NCBI RefSeq assembly: GCF_001194135.2
Contig: NC_069000.1
Location: 41,539,964 to 41,603,963, forward strand
Origin: Octopus bimaculoides
Taxonomy: Eukaryota
Direction of reading: 5' to 3'
DNA length: 64,000 nt
Of this stretch, positions 11,201-23,788 are shown in pieces (position 1 is the first letter of the stretch; the number at the start of each line of letters is the position of its first letter). The notes under the pieces were generated by a model that worked only from the letters and a program-made list of their open reading frames with translations, did not search any database and was not told the DNA's origin. The translations under genes were made by a program, and so were the position numbers.

Positions 11201-14200
11201 GGCATGAGGGCCAGTCAGGCGGCACTGGCAACGACTACACTCAAATGATGCTTTGTGCGTGCCACCTGCATGGGTGCCAATCAGACAGTACTGGCATCGA
11301 CCGCGACATAGACATCACTTGACTCAACAGGTCTTTGCAAGCACAGTTTACAGCCCTATAATTGAAGGTTACTCTAAAATAGGCTGGTTATGCTGCACTG
11401 GCATGGGCCACGGTTACAGCCTCACTTGGCTTGCTGGGTCTTCTCAAGCACAGCATATCTCCAAAGGTCTCGGTCACTTGTCATCGCCTCCGCGAGGCCC
11501 AACGTTTGAAGGTCGTGCTTTGCCACTTCACCCAGGTCTTCTGCTATTGATATTATCATGTGGTTTATATTCTTGCTTTCAGGAAACAGCAAAAGACAGC
11601 AATGAGTTTGATGTTGGCGACCCCATTCAGAATGATGACGATGACCTAAACTTGTCATTGCCACGGAGGAAAAAGAAGAAGAAGAAGAAGGTGATTAACT
11701 TAGATGAACAAGCTGAGGAGGAAGAAATGGCAGATGATGGCAAGTGGCCTTTTTTCTTTTGTGTCTCTCATGCATAATACTGGCCTTGTGCCAAAATTCG
11801 AAACCATTATTATAATTATCATTAAGGTGGCAAGCTGGCAGAATCGTTAGTGCATTGGACGAGATTCTTAGCGGTATTTCGCCCAACGCTACATTCTGAG
11901 TTCAAATTCCACCAAGGTCAACTTTGCCTTTCATCCTTTCAGGGTCAATGTAATCAACTTATCCCTCCCCCCAAAATTGTTACCCTTGTACCAAATTTTG
12001 AAACCATTATTATTATTATTTCTTGTTTTTAGATGATGATGAAGAAATTGGTCGTAGCAAGGCTTGGTATGGTTCTGATCGTGATTATACATATGATGAG
12101 GTATTTTCAAATTTAGCCTTTTCTTGAAAAATCTTGCTTGTCGTTGCTAATTGTGGTGGGGTTAACAGGGCTTATGAGCTTTACTGAAGGGGACACCTCA
12201 CAAAAAGATTTTAAACAGGTCCAGTAGTTTGGTTAAGAAATTTGCTTTCCAGCCACTTGGTTTCAGGTTCGGTCCTACTACACAGCAGCACTTTGAGCAA
12301 GGGTTTGAGGATTTTGTCAGTGAATTTCCTAGATTGAAACCATAAGGTGCCCATTGTGTGTGTGCGGAGAGACCATGGCAAAACAGCTGTTGGAACGTGA
12401 CACAGTTACTGCTGCTCATTGGATCCAGTCAGAATGTGTAGCCCATGCCAGCATGGGAGATGACTATTCACTGACGATAACAATTATGGTGTGTTTGTAT
12501 GTTTACATGTAAATGTTGATATCTCATGACTTCCTTTGAACTAAATAGTTCACTTTAACCCTTTAGCATTTAAACCAGCCATATTATGGCAAAATATTTT
12601 ACCTGCTTTATGTTCAAACCTGCCGTATCTGGCCTTTCACACTTACTCTACAGTGTCATTCTAAAAATGAATTAACCACATGGACAAAATCTTGAAGCTA
12701 TGAGATAATGCGTGATAAATTTCAAAACAGTGTGAATAAATTTAGGAATGCATTTACCAGAATAATCTAAACACTAAAGGTTTAGATTCCTTGTTGGCAT
12801 TCTGACCACTTGCTCTGCACTATCGAAGACCAGTGGAAACATTATAAAATTCTTTAGTTCACAAGACAGGTATAACAGGCAGGGCATCCAGGCATATAAA
12901 GCCTTGCTTCAAATATATCACCTTCACAACTCCTGTTAGATTTTGAGAAGAGGTATTGGAAAATGAATGAAGCTAACACCATGCAGTTAGAAATAGCAAC
13001 TGTGATTTGTGGATGACTCTGACTGTTATTTCTGTCCGGTTGAGTAAGTATCTAGAACAGGCATGAGCTAACTTTTGCAGGAAGTGGGTGACATGAGACA
13101 TGGCTCACCATAGGCAGGTCAATCTACTAAAATATTTTCAAAGTAATTTTTCATTGATGTTCCTTTCAGAAAGCCCTCAGGGCTGCAACTTGCCCACAAC
13201 TAATCTATAAGTTGCCTTGTTTGCCAGTTTTAATGATGCACAGTTAGGTCTTGCATTTAATTTCTTTTATTGCATTCACCCTCTCCGCTCCATCCTTCAG
13301 TTTGTCCTTTGTTTTGCTGTTTCAGTTACTTACAAGAGTGTTTGACATTATAAGAGAGAAGAACCCTGACATGGTTGCCGGAGAGAAGAAACGGTTTGTC
13401 ATGAAACTGCCACAAGTCTTAAGAGTCGGCACAAAGAAGACGTCTTTTGCTAACTTCTCTGAAATATGCAGATTGTAAGTCATTTGTTATTTGTCTTTAC
13501 TTCATCTCTAGGGGACAAGAGAGTGGATGATTTCGTAAGAGTGAGTTGGGAGTGTATGTATGTTACTGTGTCTGTGCACGTGTCTGTGTTTGCTTCCGGC
13601 ACCAACAAGTACTATCTCCAAAATGGTTCCATTATATATGTCCTATTATCTCTATCCCTTTCCCTCTGTATATCTATGTAACATTATTACTTTTTGTTCC
13701 AGGCTACATAGAGAACCAAAGCATGTGTTAGCCTTTCTGTTAGCTGAATTGGGTACGAGGTGAGTAGAAACTGTTTTGATTTTAGAATCTGTCAGCATTT
13801 GTAAGGTGTTTTTTTTTTTTTTTTNNNNNNNNNNTTTTTTTTTTTTTTTCTCTTCCCTACTGTAATAATAATTCTTTCTATTATAGGCCCAAAGCCTGAA
13901 ATATTTTAATTGGGTTGGGGCAAGTCAATTACAACAACTCCACTTCTCAAATGGTACTTAATTTATCGACCCCGAAAGGGTGAAGGGCAAAGTCAACCTC
14001 AACAGAATTAGAACTCAGAACATAAAGACAGACAAAATACTGTAAGCATTTTGCCCGGCTTGCTAATGATTCTGCCAGCTCGCCACCATCATAATAATAA
14101 TAATGATAATGATAATAATGGTTTCAAATTCTGGCACAAGGCCAGCAAGTTCGGGGGAGGAGTAAGTCTATTACAGCAGCCTCAGTGCTCAACCAGTACT

Positions 14201-17200
14201 TATTTTATCAACCCCTCAAAGGATGGAAGGTAAAATTGGGTTCAGAATGTAAAACCAGAAGAAATGCTGCTAAGCATTTCCCTTGCATGCTAATGATTCT
14301 GTCAGCTCACCGCTTTAATAATAATAATAATAATAATGACAATGACAATCTTGTCTACTAAAGGCACGAGGCCTGAAATGGTGGGTGGTGGCTAGTTGAT
14401 TGCATCGACCCCAGTGCTTCACTGGTACTTAATTTATCAATTCCGAAAGTATGAAATTGGTGGAATTTGAACTCAGAACCTGAAGACAGATGAAATACCA
14501 CTAAGTATTTCTGCCAGTGTTCTGACGATTCTGCCAGCTCACCACCTTTCTAAAAATCTATATAATAATCTGCTTGTTTGTACACCTGTTGTACATTCGT
14601 TAATTAGAGATGGACAGAGGAAGAAGTTGAGAAAAGTGATTGAGGTCAACTTTGCCTTTCATCCTTTTGGGGGTCGATTAAATAAGTACCAGTTACGCAC
14701 TGGGGTCGATGTAACCAACTTAAACCCTTTGTCTGTCCTTGTTTGTCCCTTCTATGTTTAGTGCACTGTGGGCAATAAAGAAATAAATACACTTAGTCCA
14801 AATGCATCACATGTTTGGCTGAAGGTTAGAGGCAAATAACGAGAGAAGTGGGGTGGCAAAGGAAAACTTATTGTTTGGTTAGAAAGTTAGCTGAAGAGAA
14901 AAGGCATGTTTAGGGTACAATATTTAACAGAGGGAGGTTAAAGACAGGTAGATAGAGAGAGATGGACAGGGAAGGCAGTTATATTGAGATTCAGAGAGAG
15001 GGGTGGTGCCAAATTTTTTTTTCTTTTAGCGACCATCGCTTAACACATGCACATAAGTGCAATTATTTATCATCTGCTCGCCTAAAATTCATTAATATTT
15101 GTTTGGTAAGTATCTTGCTTACCAACCACATGGTTCCGGGTTCATTCCTACTGCGTGGCACCTTGGGCAAGTGTCTTCTACTATAGCCTCGGGCCGACCA
15201 AAGCCTTATGAGTGGATTTGGTAGACGGAAACTGAAAGAAGCCCGTCGTATATATATATGTATGTATGTGTGTGTATGTTTGTATGTCTGTGTTTGTTCC
15301 CCCAACATCGCTTGACAACTGATGCTGGTGTGTTTATGTCCCCCGTAACTTAGCGGTTTGGCCGATAGAATAAGTACTAGGCATCCAAAGAATAAGTCCT
15401 GGGGTCGATTTGCTCGACTAAAGGCGGTGCTCCAGCATGGTCGCAGTCAAATGGCTGAAACAAGTAAAAGAGTAAGGGCTAATTTAGCCTAAACTCTGAA
15501 TTCACTAGAAACACGGTCACAAGCTGCCCAAAAAAGAATGCAAAGACATAGAGCACAGATCAGAGAGGAACAGTAGGATTTAAGAAAAAGAGATAAAAGA
15601 CTGCACCACCAATGGAAGTGTGAGGAAATGAACGTAGACAAGCATCAAGAATATTTGAAGAAAACTAAACTATAAATGCTATAAAAATGCAAATCCCCGT
15701 GTCTTTTTTAAATAGTTCCTCTTAATTTTTTTCCATTTTGTGGACTTACATGGGTCTTACTAGTAAAAATGGCTAGTGACAGTACTGACTGATTGACACC
15801 CACGCCAGTGAAACGTTAAAAGCACCATTCGAGTGTGGTCGTTGCCAGTGCCGCCAGACTGGATCCTGTGCAGGTGGCACGTAAAAGGCACCATTTGAAC
15901 GTGGTTGATGCCAGTACCACCTGACTGGCCCTTCTGTTGGTGGCACATAAAAGTACCCACTGCACTCTGAGTGGTTGGCATTAGGAAAGGCATCTAGCAT
16001 CAGTTGTCAAGTGATGGTGGGGGGACAGACACACACACACATATATATAAATATATATATATATATACGACGGGCTTCTTTCAGTTTCTGTCTACTAAAT
16101 CCACTCACAAGGCTATAGTAGAAGACACTCGCCCAAGGTGCCAAGTAGAGCTAAACCCGGAACCATGTGGTTGGTTAGCAAGCTACTTGCCACGCAGCTA
16201 CTTCTGTGCCTCAATGGTTTTTTTAATTTCTTTTTTATCTTTTCCAGTGGTTCAATCGATGGTAACAACCAATTAATCATCAAGGGACGTTTCCAACAGA
16301 AACAGATTGAAACAGTTGTCAGGAAATATATTAGTAAGTTACAATAACTACCATTTTTGGTCTTTCTTTTCTCTAACCCCTTTTCACCTTGCACACTAAG
16401 GAGCTTATTTATTTCTTTGCAGCCCTTACTGATCACCCTCCCTTTCTATTCTAAATCTGAGTAACCATATATGAGGAGGTATTGAAAAGCTCCTGGCTTT
16501 GGGTAACAAAAATAAATAAATAAATACAGAAGGGTCAGTTATGATTTTATTCAAAACATTCCCCTCTCAGAATCACACACTTCCGTTTTTCTAGGTCCTG
16601 TAAAAGAACTCAGAAGGTTGAGTCTTCAAACAAGCCTTTTGTGATACCCTTAAAGCCTGGAACTTTTCAGTACCTTTTTGGTGTGTGTGTATATGTGGAG
16701 GGGTAATGAAAAGTTGCTGACTTTGGGTAAAGAAAATGCAGGAGAATCGGTTAATTATGATTTTATAAGCCCTGTAAATGAACTCAAAAAGTTGAGCCTC
16801 CAGCCTGGCTTTTGCAATACTCTTAAAGCTAGGAACTTAACAGCACCCCCTTGTGGCTCCTCTACAGGGACCTTCTCTGCCCACTTCTCATATTCTAACC
16901 CCTTGGTTTTGATGTCTTGCTAGCTGTGTGGCAACATCACTAACACTGATGGAGCTAAAAATAGCATTTTTACACGCTGTAAAGTGGTTGGCATTAGGGA
17001 GGGCATCCAACTGTGGAAACTGCCTGAGCAGCCACTGGTGCATGACGCAGTCTTTGGACGTACCAGATTTTATCAAACTGTCCAGGCAATGCTAACATGG
17101 GACAGTCTTTACATCAAGTCCTGTATTGTCATACTGTCACACCGCATTATCTCCCTTCGTTATGTAACCCCTCCCTCTTTCTCTCTCTCTAATCACAGCA

Positions 17201-18788
17201 TTGTCCTTTCTCTCTTTACTTATCCCTCCACATTTACCTATTTCTTCACACATTCTATTCTTCTCCTTAATTGACAACGTTTTAGAATCCTGTCATTTTT
17301 TTTTTACTCTCACTTTCAAAGCGTCTTCATTATTCCACAATAGATTTCTCTCTCTTTGTTTGTGTGTTTCCTTGTCTTGGAATTGCATAATTGTAAACGA
17401 GTGTCACTGTCTCACAAGCAGTGTCATTCTTGAGAAACATTACTTTGCATACATACAGTAGAGGGTGCCTGCCCAAAGTGTCTTGGAATAAAAGTGGCTT
17501 ACTTGGAAAGCAAGAAGGGCACTTGGCTGTAAAATACTGCCTGAATCAGTTTTGTTCAACTTGTATCAGCATGAAAGAAGCTCATGTAAAACTGATGTGT
17601 TCGTGTGTATGTACACTTACCCTTTTACTTGTTCTGGTCTCTCACACCTACCCTACAATGTCATTCCAAAGATATATTATCACATCATTGAAATCTTGAA
17701 GCTACAAGAAAATGCAGGATTAATTCAAAATGACCAACTCTATTTGAGTACTGTAATCCCTCACCAGATTGCGGTTAATTATTTAAGCTTACATCGTTTC
17801 CTCCATGATGTTGTTTTGCATTTATAATGAAATAAATATATACCAATTATAAAAATAATAACAAAAAATATACAGTACAGTACTGTTTCTACTTTAGGCT
17901 TTCACCTATCACAGGGGGATTTGGAACATAACACCTGTGATAGTCAAGAGATTACTGCATTTGAAACAGTTAATTCAATTTGCTTTATTTACATTTGACG
18001 GCTATTTGTCCTCATCTTGTTTGTTGTTATCACAACATTTCTGCTGATATACCCTACAGGCATATGGCATAATGGTTAAGAACACAGGCTATTAAACCCA
18101 AGATTCCGAGTTTGATTCCAGACAGTGATCTGAATAATAATTATAATAATACTGAAAAATACCTTAGGAATGAGAATTCTGGTTCGAAATTTCCCCAAGA
18201 CACCTGGTGAAGGCTGGAGAGTATATCAGCCGAAACGTTGTGTTAACAACAAACAAGATGAGGACAAATATCCGTCAAATGTAAATAATGTCCCCTAGTT
18301 TTTGTTTAGACATCTTTCTAGGAGAAGGAAGTTCTGAAATATCACCTGCCTTATTGCAAAGCTGGAGATCTTGCTCTCACTTGTTTTCTGAATTACTTGG
18401 CTTTGTTGGGGAGAGTGCCAGCAATGTTGTGCAAGTTGTCATTGACTTTAAATATTTGAATTTACATTGCTGACAGCCATTGTCTTTAACATCTAGGATA
18501 AGATAATTTTTCAATGGTCATGTTTTTCTATTATATTTGTCGAATGTAAATAATGTACATAATCCCTCATCTCTTAAATATAGAATCAATTTGTTTTGTT
18601 TGTCTTTTACAGAGGAATACGTCACATGCCATACCTGCCGGTCTCCGGAGACCTTGCTCCAGAAAGACACAAGGCTGTTCTTCTTACAGTGTGAGACCTG
18701 CGGTTCCCGCTGTTCTGTCACAAGCATCAAGTCAGGCTTCCAGGCTGTCACTGGCAAGCGAGCTGCTATCCGAGCCAAAAATGCTTAG
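8263..18788 (+). CDS. EIF2S2: Eukaryotic translation initiation factor 2 subunit beta, complete: exons 8263-8280, 10048-10225, 10602-10681, 11583-11739, 12033-12100, 13326-13474, 13703-13759, 16248-16333, 18613-18788 (969 nt, 322 aa)
   Basis: All exon phases are consistent. Three poly-Lys boxes, the conserved [41 protein letters not shown] core, and the C-terminal C4 zinc finger [34 protein letters not shown]...[10 protein letters not shown]. Confidence 0.97.
10048..10225 (+). CDS. EIF2S2: EIF2S2 exon 2 (K-box 1: [18 protein letters not shown]...)
   Basis: TTTCAG| acceptor, AG|GTTTGT donor. Confidence 0.95.
10602..10681 (+). CDS. EIF2S2: EIF2S2 exon 3 (K-box 2)
   Basis: TAG| acceptor, CCT|GTAAGT donor; [20 protein letters not shown]. 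Confidence 0.93.
11583..11739 (+). CDS. EIF2S2: EIF2S2 exon 4 (K-box 3), ends at a GC donor
   Basis: TTTCAG| acceptor; [22 protein letters not shown]; donor G|GCAAGT gives the phase 1 that exon 5 requires. Confidence 0.9.
12033..12100 (+). CDS. EIF2S2: EIF2S2 exon 5
   Basis: [23 protein letters not shown]; TTTTAG| and GAG|GTATTT. Confidence 0.95.
13326..13474 (+). CDS. EIF2S2: EIF2S2 exon 6
   Basis: [49 protein letters not shown]. Confidence 0.97.
13703..13759 (+). CDS. EIF2S2: EIF2S2 exon 7
   Basis: [18 protein letters not shown]; AG|GTGAGT donor. Confidence 0.97.
16248..16333 (+). CDS. EIF2S2: EIF2S2 exon 8
   Basis: [28 protein letters not shown]. Confidence 0.97.
16455..16851. mobile_element. 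Two adjacent mariner-type MITE copies (about 16455-16675 and 16697-16851); related copy at 20350-20522
   Basis: Inverted termini GGTA(C/T)TGAAAAG(C/T)T... and ...GGAACTTTTCAGTACC. Confidence 0.6.
17985..18291 (+). mobile_element. Non-autonomous Penelope-like repeat, copy 1: inverted partial terminal arm, tRNA-like segment (about 18066-18131), hammerhead-bearing arm
   Basis: 17985-18058 is the reverse complement of the arm at about 18215-18291. The same layout recurs at 30495-30776 and 61441-61770. Confidence 0.65.
18199..18244 (+). ncRNA. Minimal type-I hammerhead ribozyme motif; this copy has a core A-to-G change
   Basis: GACAC-CTGGTGA-A-GGCTG-gagagtatat-CAGCC-GAAA-CGT-T-GTGTT: helix I GACAC/GTGTT, perfect helix II, palindromic ACGT helix III. 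Confidence 0.65.
18613..18788 (+). CDS. EIF2S2: EIF2S2 exon 9 (zinc finger, stop)
   Basis: [57 protein letters not shown]. Confidence 0.97.
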
Positions 18789-19030
18789 ATTTCATCTCGT
18801 ATTCTTGCTCAACTTTGAAAGCCAGTTATTGCACATGCATGCATGTGTGTGTATGCATACATGCATGCGTAGAAGATACACACACCTTTACAAATATATA
18901 TATATATATAGTATGTGTATGTTGATATATACATACACATACATATGTGCATACATACATTTATACATACATACATACACATATGTATAATTCTTTGAAG
19001 GTGGAGAAAAATATAAAGGGAAAAATATTT

Positions 19031-19036
19031 AATAAA
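19031..19036 (+). terminator. Candidate polyadenylation signal of EIF2S2
   Basis: AATAAA about 240 nt after the stop codon; not confirmed by transcripts. Confidence 0.4.
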
Positions 19037-22000
19037 AAGTCTTTTGTAAAAAAAAAAAAAGAGAGAGATGAGGGACAGTTAGAAGGTACAAAATGGGTCT
19101 TTTGTTGCCAAACATATAAGGAACTAATTGAAATCAAAACAAATAAATGATGTCAAAATTGTAGTGGTCAGTTCTTTGTCTTAAGATTCATCTCAGCTTC
19201 TCATATTATTTATGAATGGCTGTGATTATCTCTCTTTTTTATCTTTCATCCTTCGGATTACTTGTCTGTCGAATGTAGTATTTATTTATCTTCTTTCTTT
19301 TACTCGTTTCAGTCATTAGATTGTGGCCATGCTTGGGCACTGCCTTGACCTTTTAGTCAAATCAACCTCTCCCCCCCTCCCTTTATAAAATCAGAAATAT
19401 TTTTTTCTACTCTAAGCACAAGGCCCGAAAGTTTTGGGGAGGGGGCCAGTCAATTAGATCGACCCCAATACGCAATTGGTACATAATTTATCGACTCCCG
19501 AAAGGATAAAAGGCAAAGTAGACCTCGGCGGAATTTGAACTCGGAATGTAAACACAGACGAAATACCGCTAAGCATTTTGCCTGGTGTGCTAACAGTTCT
19601 GCTAGCTCGCTGCCTTTGGTGCTTAATTTATCAACCCTGAAAGGGCTGGCATGCTAATGGTTCTGCCAGCTTGCCCTCTGGAATTAGAAATATTAAATGG
19701 AAGTGGATTAGTAATGAAACAGAAATGTTCTCAAGTGACTCCTGGATGAATGATATACTTTTATAAACAAACTTTGGAGCCCCTAGTGCATTGGTATTTT
19801 ACAGAATGTGAAAGGAATCCTGAAATAGCTTAGAAAATTGGATAAATACTCTTCGTCTACAAAAAAAATTAATTGGCTTTATTAGTGGTAGAAAAAGGAA
19901 TGCGCTACAACGATTTGTATTATTTAGTCACATGGAATTTTACTAAAGCCAATTTGGTCAACTGAGCTCCTTTGAACCAGTGATCCAGCTTGGCCACAGT
20001 CTAATCACTGAAACAAGGAAAGATAATAAACAATACAGTTTGTTTTTGTTTAGATTTTATTGTCGTTCAAGACGCATTTGAGGGGAGGGGGAAAACAACA
20101 GCTGTAGATATGAGGGTCATTGGGATTAGGGCTTTTTTTTTTTTTATGTGAGGATTTTACTTTATTGTTTATCTTATTGGAAAATCAACAAAGTGCCAGA
20201 GTTTAGTCAACTGCCCCTCTAGCCCTTCATAACAACAGGAAAAGTCTCAGTCTTGACTAAGAGCTATGATCAAAAATATTCCAACCATGACCACCAAGGA
20301 CGATTTTATCTGAGGTGTCCTTCCTCTTTTTTTTTAAGATGGTATAAGTGGGGTACTGAAAAGTTTCTATCTTTAGGTAAAAATACAAGATCATTTATAG
20401 TTTTTCAACATGTTCCCCTCTCAGGTTCACACATTTGGTGCAGTTTTTCTAAGCCCTGTAAATGAACTCGGAAGGTTGGGCCTTTCATAATACCCTCAAA
20501 GCTACGAACTATTTCAGTACACCCCCCACCCCCGCCCCCGTGTTATTTCAGGGGGATGTGGCTGCTATTCCTAGCAAATCAGCTGAACCCTAGCCATCTG
20601 ATGAAACTTACCTCAGATAACTTATTAAAAACTTTCTAAACTTAAAACTAAAACAAAGTGAAGAAATGTATGGGGCACAGCGTGACATACTGTACCTTTT
20701 TTGCTGTTCTGTCTGCTCCTTCAGATGCTTCACACACAAGAACAAACATGCAGTTAGGAATAAAATGGGACAGTCTAAACCCTGTACACCCACATATAAT
20801 GTAAAGAACCAAATGAGGTGTAATGCATCAATCTTGACATTGCACTATTTCTGTACAATTGCAGTGAGGATTCTGATAGGGTAAATTGGGACAATCTTGA
20901 CAGCATTATCATCAGGTAATTACATAAGTAGTAATGAACAGAATTAGGTGAAATGCATTTGTCTTCATATTTTCTTTGTCTCTGTACAATTGCAGATGAC
21001 AGTACATTCTGCATCAGTGTAAAATGGGACAGTTTGGACAATGCAGAATTTCTTTATCAACAATTACTGCACAAGTTCAGTACACTTGCAGATAACTACA
21101 CACTCTGCTGCAGCAGATACCAAATGGGGTATAACAATAGTGTTGATGTTGCACAATTTGTCCACCTGCATGTATCGCATACTCATGCAGTCAAAAGTGG
21201 GACGCTATAAAAACTTGATATTGCACATTTTCTGTACTTGCAGATTCTGCAATTAAGACCTCAAATAATGCAGAATGGTTACCTTTCTAGTATATCCTTA
21301 TTCCATTTCCAAATCAGTAGGGTATAGTTTGAGGAAAATTTGGCTGCTACTTATAGCTGATCAAACAACCAGGTAGAGGCTCATAGAAGTGAGGTATCCA
21401 TAGGGATGGACAAGGACACACATCTGCAGAGTCAGAGTGATGAAGTCAGCCAACACCACCATCATATTGATGAGTATGTAAAACTATTTGCATTGTTAAT
21501 TATCATCTTGCTCCATAAAAAGCACATTTAACTCCCAATTAGTTTCACTATTTGCACAACATGCACACGTTATATTTTTATATATATATAGTCTAACCCA
21601 TGCCAGCATGGAAAGCGGACGTTAAATGATGACATGCATTTGTGTATTTGTTTTGCAAGATTCCTGATGTGAATCCATGTGTTGAAATTGATCTTGTTAC
21701 ATTTGGGGATGGTCATATTTTTTTGCCAATTAATGCACCTGGTTAATTGGTAAAAATATAACAATACATATATATATATATATTATATAAATATGTATGT
21801 GGTTAAGAGGCTTCCTTCCTGACTATATGGTCTTGAGTTCGGTCCAACTATGGCAACTGGGGTTCTTCTACAATAACCCCAGGTTAGCCAAGGCCTTGTG
21901 AGTGGATTTCATAGATGGAAACTGTGGTATGACGTCAGCGACTGGTGAGCTGACCAGAAGAGGAAGAAGGGCAGAGGGAGCCTCGATCGGGATTTCATGC

Positions 22001-23212
22001 CCTTTTCGAATGGGGTTGTTGACGTGCCAAGTGATCGTCTAGGTTTGGGAGAAGCAGCTGCTATTCCTAGTGTTCTTCGGGTTGGGGCGAGCCACGAGGA
22101 TCGGATACCGCAAGACAGACTCAGTCGAGGAAGGAAAACCGAGGTAAGGCGATTATAATACAAAGAAGTCAATCGCGTGTACTATTTGCTTTCTGTCATA
22201 TTTCGACCCCTTGATTCTTCAGACAAATTCCTCCACCATCCATGTTTTTTTTTTTTTTTTTTTTTAACTGCATGGTAACCTCGTGAGTGCCAGTGCTACA
22301 AAATACAGTACTCGGTGCACGCTGTGTTATGGTCGGCATTAGAAATGGCAACCAGCCACAGAAACCATGCCAAAGCAAGCATAGCATGATAGAGTCCTTG
22401 CGTCCTCCAGATTTTGTCGAAAACATATTTGAATGATCATGGTGATGATGATGATGATTAACTTCAGATATCAGTTTTGAACCAACACATCTATGATCGA
22501 AGGCATTCCACCAATGACAAATATGTCCACTTCTTATTCTCTCTCTTTGCTTGGTGCCTTAATGATAATGATAATGATAATGATAATATGATGGCAAGCT
22601 GGCAGAAAGGTTACCACGCCAGGCAAAACACTTAGTGATATTTCGTTTATCTTTACATTCTGAGTTCAAATTCCGCCAAGGTCGATGTCGCCTTTCATCC
22701 TTTCAGGGTCGATAAATTAAGTACCAGTTGCGTACCGGGGTCGATCTAATCGACTGGCCCCCTCTCCCCTCAAAAAATTTCGGGCCTTGTGCCTAGAGTA
22801 GAAAAGAATAATGATGATGATTTCATATTTACGCATAAGGCCAGCAAATTCAGGGGGTAGGAGGATCAGTTGATATGAAACCCAGCACTCAAATAGTACT
22901 TATTTGATCGACCCGAAAGGTTGAAAAGCAAAGTTGAACTCAGAACATAAGGGACACCTTCCTAATAATAATAATAATAAAAATAATCCTTTCTACTATA
23001 GGCACACACAAAGCTTGAAATTTTGGTGGAGGGGAGCAGTTGATTACATCAACCCCAGTATTTCACTGGTACTTAATTTACCAACCTCAGTGGAATTTGA
23101 ACTCAGAGTGTAAAGACAAATGAAATACAGTTAACAGCATGCTAACAACACCGCCAGATCTCCGTCTTCTGAATAATGCAACAAAATAAATTTGAGATGA
23201 ATCCATTTAAGT

Positions 23213-23470
23213 GTGTATGGCCTAGTGGTTAGGTAAGTTGCACTCATGATTGTGAGATCGTGGTTTCGATTCCTAGACTGGCTGTGCATGGTGCCCTTAA
23301 GCAAAGTATTTCATTTCATGTTGCTGAAGTCCATTCAGTTGTAAACAGGCCACCCTGCAACGGACTGGCTTTCTAACCAGGGAGAACGTTGGCCAGCTCC
23401 CCAAGCCGGCAGAGTGGCATCATTGAAAAGCTGAGACAGTGCAAAGTGCATTGTGACCAGTGATGTCTAA
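23213..23470 (+). mobile_element. Older tRNA-headed SINE with a V-domain-like central segment
   Basis: TGGCCTAGTGGTTAG...GGTTTCGATTCC head; CCCTGCAACGGACTGGC...CCAGGG resembles V-SINE cores (from memory). Confidence 0.4.
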
Positions 23471-23670
23471 CAACAGCTGATAGTCTGGTCAATCACTTAC
23501 ACAGATTTATACATTTACGCATGCATACACATATTTCTCAGAAATGAAAACATATCTACACACACACACACATTGTTTGATTGCTTTTCCAAAATAATAC
23601 AAACAGGTTCTGTTTTACATGATATATATATATGGATGTGTATGCATATATATATATATGTGTGTGTGTG

Positions 23671-23717
<47 letters not shown>

Positions 23718-23788
23718 ATATATATATATATGTGTGTGTATATATATATATGTGTGTGTGTGTGTGCATATATATATACATATATATA

